Of a stretch of DNA of 64,000 nt, positions 51,403 through 64,000 are shown piece after piece. Source of the DNA: Hydrogenophilaceae bacterium (GTDB taxonomy: Bacteria; Pseudomonadota; Gammaproteobacteria; Burkholderiales; Thiobacillaceae); assembly GCA_031426735.1 (NCBI GenBank), contig JASJPK010000048.1, forward strand, positions 92,607 through 156,606, written 5' to 3'. The notes below the pieces were generated by a model. The model was not told where the DNA came from. It was given only the letters and a program-made list of their open reading frames with translations, and made no database searches. The position numbers were made by a program, and so were the translations under genes. Position 1 is the first letter of the stretch; every line of letters starts with the position of its first letter.

Positions 51403-52653
51403 ATGCTTTCGCTTACCAGATTATTCCGGGTCGCTCACGAAGTGCCGAACGTGGCGCAGCAGCGCCTGATCAAGGTGCGCGCCGCGCTGATCCTGAGCGA
51501 ATGGGCTGGCGTCGCTCTGCTTGTGCTGGGGCTGCATGCAAGTTTGCCGCTGCGGCCGCTCGCCTTAATTCTCGCTGTGCACGTGATCTTGAATGGCGTC
51601 GCCTGGCTGCGCCTGCGCGCCGGTGGCGCGGCGCAGACGGAAGTGGCGTTGCAACTGGCGGTCGATGCGTCCTGCATCGGTGCGCTGGTGTTCCTGACCG
51701 GCGGCTATGCCAACCCTTTCATTTCGCTGTTGCTGGCGCCGCTGATTCTGGCTGCGGTGACCTTGCCGCCGCTGCACGCATGGGGCATGGCGTTGTGGGT
51801 CGGCGGGCTTTATACGGTGCTGATGCGCTTCTATCACCCATTGCAGATCCAGGTTTCGCCCGAGGCGGCGGTGGATCTGCATTTATCCGGCATGTGGCTG
51901 AATTTTCTGTTGACCGCTGCACTGGTCGCAGCATTTGCCGGCCGCCAGGCGGCGAGTTTGCGGCGTCGCGATGCGGAACTGGCGCAAGCGCGCGAACAAC
52001 GTCTGCGCGACGAGCAATTGTTCGCGCTCGGCCTGCAAGCTGCCACGGCGGCACACGATCTGGCGACGCCGATGACTTCGGTTCGCATTGCGCTGGACGA
52101 GTTGAGGCGTGATTACGCAGGCGACGATGAACTGGCCCAGCCGCTGGCCTTGCTTTCCGGTCAGGTGACCCGCATGCAGAGCGTGCTGGATCGTCTGGGG
52201 GCGTCGGCGCGGGCGCGCGATACCCGTCAACGCGCCGGACCGCCGCTGCCGGCGCGGGCCTGGCTGGCGCGGACATTGGAACGCTGGGGGCTGATGTGGC
52301 CGCAAGTCCGGGTTCACCTGGATGTGGCAGCCGAGGTGGCGGATGGTCAGCTGTTATTGGAGGACGATCCGGCGCTGGAGGCAGTCCTGATCGTGCTGCT
52401 CAACAATGCCGCGCAGGCCTCGCCCGATGACGTGAGCTTGTCGGCCAGTCGTTCGGGTGAGTCCCTGTGCCTTGCTGTGGTGGATTGCGGCGGTGGCTTG
52501 GCCAGCGGCAAACGAACGGGCTGGGGCGTCGGTCTGGAGCTGGCGCGCGCGGCACTGGAACGCATGGGCGGTGAACTGGAAATCGGGACATCGGAGAGTG
52601 GCGGCGTTAAAGCCCGCATCATCCTGCCGCTCCCCCTGATGGCGTCGACGTGA
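51403..52653 (+). CDS. regB: RegB/PrrB/ActS-type membrane histidine kinase
   Basis: Six N-terminal TM helices, H-box AAHDLATPMTS, N/G boxes. The stop overlaps the regA start. Confidence 0.75.
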   Translation: MLSLTRLFRVAHEVPNVAQQRLIKVRAALILSEWAGVALLVLGLHASLPLRPLALILAVHVILNGVAWLRLRAGGAAQTEVALQLAVDASCIGALVFLTGGYANPFISLLLAPLILAAVTLPPLHAWGMALWVGGLYTVLMRFYHPLQIQVSPEAAVDLHLSGMWLNFLLTAALVAAFAGRQAASLRRRDAELAQAREQRLRDEQLFALGLQAATAAHDLATPMTSVRIALDELRRDYAGDDELAQPLALLSGQVTRMQSVLDRLGASARARDTRQRAGPPLPARAWLARTLERWGLMWPQVRVHLDVAAEVADGQLLLEDDPALEAVLIVLLNNAAQASPDDVSLSASRSGESLCLAVVDCGGGLASGKRTGWGVGLELARAALERMGGELEIGTSESGGVKARIILPLPLMAST

Positions 52654-53183
52654 TGCGTTGGCATATCCTGATCGTCGACGATGACGCCGTGTTCGCCCAG
52701 ACCCTGGCGTACGCCATGACACGGCGTGGCCATCGGGTCGATGCGGCGGAAAATATCGAAGCGGCGTTGAGCATGGCGGCGAGCCAGAACTTCGATGCCG
52801 TGGTGCTGGATTTGCGCCTCGGCGCCGAGTCCGGCCTGCATCTGATCGAGCCGCTGCGCCAGCGCCAACCGCAGGCGCGCATCCTGCTGCTGACCGGCTA
52901 TGCCAGCATCGCAACCGCAGTTGCGGCGATCAAACTGGGTGCCGTGCAATACCTGCCGAAACCGGCGAGCGTGGAGGCGATACTGGCCGCCCTGGGCGAC
53001 GACAGCGGTGGCGAGGATGTCGATCTGCCGGATGCGCCGTTATCGGTGGATCGTCTGGAGTGGGAGCACATCCAGAAGGTACTGGCGCAGCACGAAGGCA
53101 ATCTGTCCGCGACGGCGCGGGCGCTGAAAATGCACCGGCGCACCTTGCAGCGCAAACTCGCCAAACGTCCGGTCAAAGCCTGA
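52653..53183 (+). CDS. regA: RegA/PrrA/ActR-type response regulator
   Basis: REC (ILIVDDD...VVLDLRLG...LLLTGY..LPKP) and the very conserved C-terminal HTH NLSATARALKMHRRTLQRKLAKRP. Confidence 0.85.
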   Translation: MRWHILIVDDDAVFAQTLAYAMTRRGHRVDAAENIEAALSMAASQNFDAVVLDLRLGAESGLHLIEPLRQRQPQARILLLTGYASIATAVAAIKLGAVQYLPKPASVEAILAALGDDSGGEDVDLPDAPLSVDRLEWEHIQKVLAQHEGNLSATARALKMHRRTLQRKLAKRPVKA

Positions 53184-53184
53184 T

Positions 53185-53230
53185 CGGTTCAAGGCCAGAC
53201 CGGTTCAAGGCCAGACCGGTTCAAGGCGCC
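53185..53230. repeat. 16-bp tandem repeat (CGGTTCAAGGCCAGAC x2 plus a diverged third copy)
   Basis: Read directly. The third copy (CGGTTCAAGGCGCC) contains the hslV stop codon and last codons. It sits between the convergent regA and hslV genes. Confidence 0.8.
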
Positions 53231-53760
53231 AGCGTTTCGATCAGGATGTTGCGGTTGGTATAGATGCAGATGTCGGCGGCGATGCCGATCGATTCCCTGA
53301 CGATGGTTTCCGGATCGAGGTCGCTATGTTCCAGCAGGGCGCGTGCCGCCGACTGGGCGTAAGCACCACCGCTGCCGATGGCGGCGATGCCCTGTTCGGG
53401 TTCCAGCACATCGCCGGCGCCGGTGATGATCAGGGTGCTGGTGTGGTCGGCCACCGCCAGCATGGCTTCCAGGCGACGCAGGATACGGTCGGTACGCCAG
53501 TCCTTGGCCAGTTCCACCGCGCTCCTGACCAGGTGCCCCTGGTGCTTGTCGAGCTTGGCTTCGAACCGTTCGAACAAGGTGAACGCATCCGCCGTGCCGC
53601 CCGCGAAGCCGGCCAGGATGCGCTCCTGATACAGGCGGCGGATTTTGCGGGCGCTGGCTTTGATGACGATGTTGCCGAGGGTGACCTGGCCGTCGCCGCC
53701 CATGGCGACGGAGCCGCCGCGGCGAACGGAAAGGATGGTGGTGCCGTGAAATTGTTCCAT
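53221..53760 (-). CDS. hslV: ATP-dependent protease subunit HslV
   Basis: ATG at 53760. [16 protein letters not shown]...GDGQVTLG (N-terminal Thr after processing). Confidence 0.9.
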   Translation of the reverse strand: MEQFHGTTILSVRRGGSVAMGGDGQVTLGNIVIKASARKIRRLYQERILAGFAGGTADAFTLFERFEAKLDKHQGHLVRSAVELAKDWRTDRILRRLEAMLAVADHTSTLIITGAGDVLEPEQGIAAIGSGGAYAQSAARALLEHSDLDPETIVRESIGIAADICIYTNRNILIETLAP

Positions 53761-53808
53761 GTGCGTCTTGCTGAAAAGAGGAGAGGCTGGCAACGCCGGC
53801 GGGACTGG

Positions 53809-54936
53809 CTAGGCGCGGGTGCGTCCGAGGACCACGGCGAACTGACTGGCGCCAACGATGTGGAGCAGGGTGTTCACCAGTTCGTTGCCTTCCTTGAACA
53901 GGATCTTGCTGCCTGCCGCGGAGATGGCAATCAGGTTTTCGAGTAACAGGCCAACCACGGAGAAGTCGATACGGCTGACCTGACTGAGGTCGATTTCAAC
54001 CTGCTTGCGGCCTTCTGCATACTGTTTGAGATCTTTGAACTGTGCTTCGCAGCCGGGGCCGATCAGGCCGGTCAGCTTGAATGCGGTGTCCAGTGCCGGG
54101 GCGGCAAGCGTATCGGCCTTGCCGTTCTTGTTCGGTAGCGGGCGCGGTTGCGTGTAGGAGGGCGGCGAAACCTCGAATGCAACGGCGTAGTCAACCGCCG
54201 CATTGTCGAAATCGTCCTCCTTGCCCAGCAATTGCAATACCGCCAGGAACAGGAACCAGCCAGACTCGGACAGGCGTTCGCCTTGGCGTGCCGCATCCAG
54301 CCTTACCGCGAATCCCGCTCCGCCGATCAGTTCGACGGGCTTGCGCATTTCATCCAGATGGATGAAGTCGTTCAGAATCGCACGGGCGGTTTCTTCATCC
54401 GGTGCCAGCGTCTTGGAAACGTCGAGCCGCACATAGGGGGCATGTTCCGCATCGTGGAAAAAACGACTTTGCTTGACGCGTTCCAGGCTGCCGTATTTTT
54501 CGCCATAAGTCATCAGCGGCGCCGGCTGGCTGCTGCCTTTCGGCTTGTCGCGCGGGGTCCAGGTCGGCGGCGAACGCTCGAACTTCACCGCGAAGTCGAC
54601 AGCGGCATCCTCGAACGGAGCGGACTGGTCGCTGACCTCGTAGAGGTCGAACAACATGTACCAGGGCAGCGGATCATGGTTGTCGCGGTGGTCGAGCAGG
54701 TAGCGGTTGAGCAATGCCGCGGTTTCGCCGATCTTGCCGTTGGCATACAAGATCGCCGCTTCTTCCAGTTCCGGCACCAGGCCGCCCATGGCTTCCTGCA
54801 CTTCGATCCCGCCGCTGACGTCTTCCGCGGGGCGTTTGGCGCCCGCGTAGGCCGGTCCGGGACCGAACGCGTCATGGCCTTCCTTGAGGAAAGCAAGGAA
54901 ATCGTCAGGTTTTTCTTTGCGGAAGAAGGAAAACAC
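53809..54936 (-). CDS. hypothetical protein with internal duplication and C-terminal STAS-like domain
   Basis: GTG start. Two related modules (..FEDAAVDFAVKFERSPPTW.. / ..FDNAAVDYAVAFEVSPPSY..). The C-terminus VEIDLSQVSRIDFSVVGLLLENL... is STAS-like. Confidence 0.6.
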   Translation of the reverse strand: MFSFFRKEKPDDFLAFLKEGHDAFGPGPAYAGAKRPAEDVSGGIEVQEAMGGLVPELEEAAILYANGKIGETAALLNRYLLDHRDNHDPLPWYMLFDLYEVSDQSAPFEDAAVDFAVKFERSPPTWTPRDKPKGSSQPAPLMTYGEKYGSLERVKQSRFFHDAEHAPYVRLDVSKTLAPDEETARAILNDFIHLDEMRKPVELIGGAGFAVRLDAARQGERLSESGWFLFLAVLQLLGKEDDFDNAAVDYAVAFEVSPPSYTQPRPLPNKNGKADTLAAPALDTAFKLTGLIGPGCEAQFKDLKQYAEGRKQVEIDLSQVSRIDFSVVGLLLENLIAISAAGSKILFKEGNELVNTLLHIVGASQFAVVLGRTRA

Positions 54937-55060
54937 GCTACGTCAGATTCGCTACAGGAGAGTTATCGCAGCATAGCAGAAGCATTTGCCACTTGTTGTG
55001 AGCGAACGCACTAAGCCTCTGGTGGGTAAGGAAATTTGCAGCGAAAGCACGGGTTTTTAC

Positions 55061-55990
<930 letters not shown>

Positions 55991-56023
55991 CTACAAAGCC
56001 GCAAACCGGGACGGCAAAAAAAG

Positions 56024-56048
56024 GGCGGCCGCGACCGCCCTTCGTATA
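56024..56048 (-). terminator. intrinsic terminator of the hsp20 gene
   Basis: The minus strand reads GGGCGG UCGCGG CCGCCC followed by UUUUUUU. Confidence 0.7.
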
Positions 56049-56060
56049 AACGCTGCCGGA

Positions 56061-56495
56061 TCATTGGATCGCCAATTTCCTGGCTGCGGAAACGGCTTTC
56101 TTGGGCAGCGTCAATTCCAGTATGCCGTTTTCGAATTTGGCCCGCGCGCCGGCTTCGTCCACATCCTGGCCGAGTGCGAAACTGCGGTAAACCTTGCCGT
56201 AGTAACGCTCGCTGCGCAGAACCTTGTCGCCTTCCTTTTGTTCGCTGTTTTTTTTGATCTCGGCGCTTACTGCGACCGTGTTGCCTTCCAGCGTGACATG
56301 AATATCGTCTTTGCCCACCCCAGGCAACTCGGCATGCACCGTGTAATCCTTGTCACTTTCCTTCACATCCATTTTGATCTTTTGCATCTCGTGCATTTCT
56401 GCTGGAAACCGCATCGGACGCACAAAATAACCTCTGAACATATCATCCAGCATGTCATCGAGCGCGAAAGGATCTCGCCGAACGATGTTGCTCAT
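56061..56495 (-). CDS. Hsp20/alpha-crystallin small heat-shock protein
   Basis: ATG at 56495 after AGAAAGGAGCC. Alpha-crystallin domain (DVKESDKDYTVHAELPGVGKDDIHVTL...GILELTLPK). Confidence 0.9.
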   Translation of the reverse strand: MSNIVRRDPFALDDMLDDMFRGYFVRPMRFPAEMHEMQKIKMDVKESDKDYTVHAELPGVGKDDIHVTLEGNTVAVSAEIKKNSEQKEGDKVLRSERYYGKVYRSFALGQDVDEAGARAKFENGILELTLPKKAVSAARKLAIQ

Positions 56496-56547
56496 GATTG
56501 GCTCCTTTCTGTGATGAAAACCGGAAATCCATCCGGCTGGCAATTTC

Positions 56548-56575
56548 ATTATTGCTTCGATTCGAAGCAATTCAA
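56548..56575 (-). promoter_or_regulatory. candidate sigma70 promoter of hsp20 with a 21-bp perfect palindrome in the spacer
   Basis: On the minus strand: TTGAAT, 16 nt, then AATAAT. The palindrome ATTGCTTCGA-T-TCGAAGCAAT (56551-56571) fills the spacer. Confidence 0.4.
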
Positions 56576-56785
56576 GATGTAGCTATCTTATTGACTTTAA
56601 TAAAGAACTTGCCGTTTTTCAGGGCAGCGCCTAGATTGGATGCGTCCGATAAAAATCATGGATCGACGGGAATAAAACTTGATTTCCCGCTGTTTGTGCT
56701 TTGCCGAACCCAGCCTGAGGAGGAGGGGGGAAGCGAACCTTGCCACTACCGGCATTCTTCGTTTTGAACGATTTGGAGATTCAAC

Positions 56786-57151
56786 ATGGCTACTAATAAA
56801 ACCGCTCTGACCCTGGCGCTGGGTTCCGCCATCGCTGCTTCGCTGGCCGCCGCACCGGCATCCGCCAACGAGAACCCGTTTGCGGCACAGTCGATGACAA
56901 AGGGCTATATGGTCGCCGAGGCGGCCCCCGACGCCGCCAAAGCCCCGGAAGCGAAGTGTGGCGCGCAGAAGCGCATGGAAGGCAAGTGCGGCAATAAAGC
57001 CAAAGCCAAGGCCAAGGAAGGCAAGTGCGGTGGCATGAAGAGCGCCGCCGATGTCGAGGCGAACAAGAAAATGATGAAGGAAGGCAAATGCGGCGAGGGC
57101 ATGTGCGGCGCCAAAAATGCCAAGGAAGGCAAGTGCGGCGGCAAGAACTGA
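56786..57151 (+). CDS. secreted Cys-repeat (EGKCG) RiPP precursor, HvfA/bufferin-like
   Basis: GGAGA SD. Signal peptide ..SLAAAPASA|NE. Six Cys in EAKCG, EGKCG (x4) and EGMCG contexts. It is followed by DUF692 and DUF2063 genes. Confidence 0.75.
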   Translation: MATNKTALTLALGSAIAASLAAAPASANENPFAAQSMTKGYMVAEAAPDAAKAPEAKCGAQKRMEGKCGNKAKAKAKEGKCGGMKSAADVEANKKMMKEGKCGEGMCGAKNAKEGKCGGKN

Positions 57152-57173
57152 TTGCCGCCAGTTTGCCAGGCGC

Positions 57174-58019
57174 ATGAACGCTCCGCGTCTTTCCGGCGCG
57201 GGACTCGGCTTTCGGCGCGATCTCATTCCCGCGCTGAAAGCCGGGGTTCCCGCAGCCATCGATTTCTTTGAGCTCGCGCCGGAAAACTGGATCGATATGG
57301 GCGGTCGCTATGCCCGCGATCTGCGTGAGTTCAGCGAACGCCATCCCTTCGTCTGCCATGGCCTGTCGCTCTCCCTGGGCGGTCCGACGCCGCTGGATGA
57401 AGTGCTGTTACGCAAGATCAAGTCCTTCATGGCCACGCATCGGATGCCGCTTTACACCGAACATCTGTCCTACTGTTCCGACCACGGCCATCTTTACGAC
57501 CTTCTGCCGATTCCGCCCACGGCCGAGGCGGTGAAATATGTGGCCACCCGCATTCGCCGCGTGCAGGACATCCTGGAACAGAAGATCGCCATCGAAAATG
57601 CCAGTTATTACGTGGCCGCGCCGATCGGCGAGATGGACGAGCCGACCTTCATCAACGCCGTGCTGGCGGAAGCCGACTGCTGGCTGCATCTGGATGTGAA
57701 CAACATCTACGTCAACAGCGTCAACTTCAAGTTCGACCCGATCGACTACCTGCGCCGCATGCCCGCCGAGCGCATCGTCTATATGCACATGGCCGGCCAT
57801 TACCAGCAAGCGCCCGATCTCATCATCGACACCCACGGCGCCGACGTGATCGATCCGGTCTGGCAATTGCTGGACACCGCGTATGACTTGTTGGGCGTGC
57901 ATCCCACCTGCCTGGAACGGGATTTCAATATTCCGCCGCTTCCTGCGTTGCTATCGGAAGTCGTACATATCAAGGAAATTCAGGTCGGGCATGCGGAACG
58001 GGCAACACGGGCGGCATGA
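57174..58019 (+). CDS. DUF692/UPF0276 MNIO-family (MbnB-like) peptide-modifying enzyme
   Basis: ATG at 57174. Blocks GLGFRRDL, FFELAPENW, HGLSLSLGG, YTEHLSY, AIENASYY, LHLDVNNIYVNS, MHMAGH, IDTHG. Confidence 0.85.
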   Translation: MNAPRLSGAGLGFRRDLIPALKAGVPAAIDFFELAPENWIDMGGRYARDLREFSERHPFVCHGLSLSLGGPTPLDEVLLRKIKSFMATHRMPLYTEHLSYCSDHGHLYDLLPIPPTAEAVKYVATRIRRVQDILEQKIAIENASYYVAAPIGEMDEPTFINAVLAEADCWLHLDVNNIYVNSVNFKFDPIDYLRRMPAERIVYMHMAGHYQQAPDLIIDTHGADVIDPVWQLLDTAYDLLGVHPTCLERDFNIPPLPALLSEVVHIKEIQVGHAERATRAA

Positions 58020-58786
58020 GCGTGGATAGGCAGCCGATGGATTTCCAGCAATACCAGCGCGAATTTACCGCCCACATCCGCGATCCGCAGGGGGTAAGCC
58101 GCCCCAAGGGCGTGCCGGCGCGTCGCATGAAGGTCTACAACGCGCTGCTCTACAACAACCTGGAGGGTTTTCTGCTCTCCTGCTTCCCGGTTTGCCGCAA
58201 GATTCTCGGTCAGCGTCGCTGGACTCGGCTGGTCCGCGCTTTCATGCGCGACCACGTCAGCCACACCCCGTATTTCCGGCAGATTCCCGAAGAGTTCCTG
58301 AACTATCTGCAGAGTGAGTGGCAGCGTCCCGACGACGTGCCGCCCTTCCTGCCGGAGTTGGCGCATTACGAATGGATCGAACTCGAACTGGATACGTCCG
58401 ACCGCGATGCGGATCTGCCCGAGCATGATGCGGCGGGCGACTTGCTGGCAGGCCGGCCGCTGCTCAACCCGGTCTTGCGCGTGCTGGCCTATCGCTGGCC
58501 GGTGCATCGGCTTTCGCCGCGATTCAAGCCGATCGAACCACCCGCGCAGGCCACCTTCACGCTGGCGTTTCGCGATGCCGAGCATCGCGTCCGCTTCGTG
58601 TTGCTCAACCCGGCCAGCGCGCGTCTGCTCAACCTGTTACAGGAAAACCCCGAGTCGAGCGGACGCGCGGCGGTCGTTTCACTTGCCCAGGAAATGGGGC
58701 TCTCGCCCGATGCCTTGCTCGGCTTTGCGCAAAGCCTGCTGCAAGACTTATTAGCGCAAGGCGCTATTCTCGGAGTTCGGGTCTGA
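58016..58786 (+). CDS. DUF2063-family (MbnC-like) RiPP maturation partner
   Basis: ATGA overlap with the DUF692 gene. The N-terminal pattern FQQYQREFTAHIRDP...RMKVYNALLYNNLEGFLLSCFPV is typical of DUF2063. Confidence 0.8.
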   Translation: MSVDRQPMDFQQYQREFTAHIRDPQGVSRPKGVPARRMKVYNALLYNNLEGFLLSCFPVCRKILGQRRWTRLVRAFMRDHVSHTPYFRQIPEEFLNYLQSEWQRPDDVPPFLPELAHYEWIELELDTSDRDADLPEHDAAGDLLAGRPLLNPVLRVLAYRWPVHRLSPRFKPIEPPAQATFTLAFRDAEHRVRFVLLNPASARLLNLLQENPESSGRAAVVSLAQEMGLSPDALLGFAQSLLQDLLAQGAILGVRV

Positions 58787-58953
58787 TCGGCGTCGTTCGC
58801 AAACCTGCGGTTGAACTGTGCCGGTGTTGAAAGTAGTATCTCCCGGTTTCGCCTCAATATTCATTGCCCGGTCGCGTATCGGGCGAGCCGCGTCAGACAC
58901 CCTCGGTTTGGCGCGTGCAGCGGTTAGTCGAGGGATGGATAGGGTTAGCAGTA

Positions 58954-63593
<4,640 letters not shown>

Positions 63594-63594
<1 letters not shown>

Positions 63595-64000
63595 TGGGCA
63601 AGATCACCGGGTTCCTCGAATACGCGCGGCTGGCGGAAGCCAACCTGCCGGTTGCCGAGCGGGTCAACAACTACCAAGAATTCGTGCTGCACCTGTCCGA
63701 CGACGAGGCCAAGGTGCAAGGCGCGCGTTGTATGGATTGCGGCATCCCGTTCTGCATGAGCGGCTGCCCAGTCAACAACATCATTCCGGACTGGAACGAT
63801 CTGGTGTTCAAGCAGAACTGGCACCAGGCCATCGACGTGCTGCATTCCACCAACAACTTCCCGGAATTCACCGGCCGCATCTGCCCGGCGCCGTGCGAAG
63901 CGGCTTGCACGTTGAACATTAATGACGACGCGGTCGGCATCAAGTCGATCGAACACGCCATCATCGACAAGGCCTGGGAAATGGGCTGGGTGCAACCGCA
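63594..64000 (+). CDS. gltD: glutamate synthase small subunit (5' part, runs off the window)
   Basis: Own translation: [13 protein letters not shown]...[28 protein letters not shown]...[14 protein letters not shown]. The ATG overlaps the gltB TGA. Confidence 0.9.

Noticed and set aside
56541-56580. CTTGAAT upstream of hsp20 as a sigma32 (RpoH) promoter
   Set aside because: The -35-like CTTGAAT is present, but the expected CCCCATNT -10 is absent at 13-15 nt. A sigma70-like reading (TTGAAT-16-AATAAT) fits better.
56966-57140. Four evenly recurring GAAGGCAAGTGCGG repeats, considered as a possible CRISPR or other non-coding array
   Set aside because: The repeats are short (14 nt), lie in frame inside a well-supported ORF and encode the EGKCG motif. 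The spacers are 30-50 nt of Lys/Ala codons. This is a coding repeat, not a CRISPR array.

Overview
GC-rich proteobacterial chromosomal window. Gene content and synteny (argS-SPOR-dsbA, TorF-type porin-glnK-amtB, Nudix-ThiE fusion, RegBA) suggest a betaproteobacterium; that is inference only. Most long ORFs in the six-frame track are Arg/Ala/Gly-rich antisense shadows. After removing them I support about 55 CDS, one tRNA-Leu(UAA), two riboswitches (TPP before thiC; guanidine-I/ykkC before a 'urea carboxylase' operon), two sigma54-type promoters, a consensus NtrC site, several terminators and four families of REP-like palindromic repeats plus one RayT-type transposase.

Layout:
- 0-8.6 kb: SprA-related protein, selO, hipBA, a 7TMR-DISM diguanylate cyclase, thiC.
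- 8.6-27.7 kb: signalling-dense block. It holds a heme-c sensor-PAS-GGDEF-EAL protein, an AfsR-like SARP-cyclase-STAND-TPR protein, a CheA-less MCP/CheW/STAS operon ending in a REC-EAL protein, and a four-gene kinase/regulator cascade.
- 27.7-31 kb: tRNA-Leu, dsbA, SPOR protein, argS.
- 31-42 kb: RayT, then a guanidine/urea carboxylase degradation-transport operon.
- 42-48.6 kb: amtB-glnK-porin, ubiK, M48 peptidase, Nudix-ThiE fusion, phoU.
- 48.6-53.2 kb: OprC-like copper TonB receptor, PCuAC, RegBA.
- 53.2-56.5 kb: hslV, a STAS protein, argB, hsp20.
- 56.8-58.8 kb: secreted Cys-repeat peptide + DUF692 (MNIO) + DUF2063.
- 58.9-64 kb: gltB and the start of gltD.

Best candidates for an unusual system:
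1. The EGKCG-repeat precursor/MNIO/DUF2063 RiPP-metallophore locus at 56.8-58.8 kb.
2. KGG-type palindromic repeats inserted in frame into the carboxylase gene.
3. The dual NtrC/sigma54 plus guanidine-riboswitch control of that operon.
4. The CheA-less chemosensory/STAS/pseudo-receiver operon.
5. The SARP-cyclase-STAND protein.

All homology calls come from reading motifs by eye. No database search was run.
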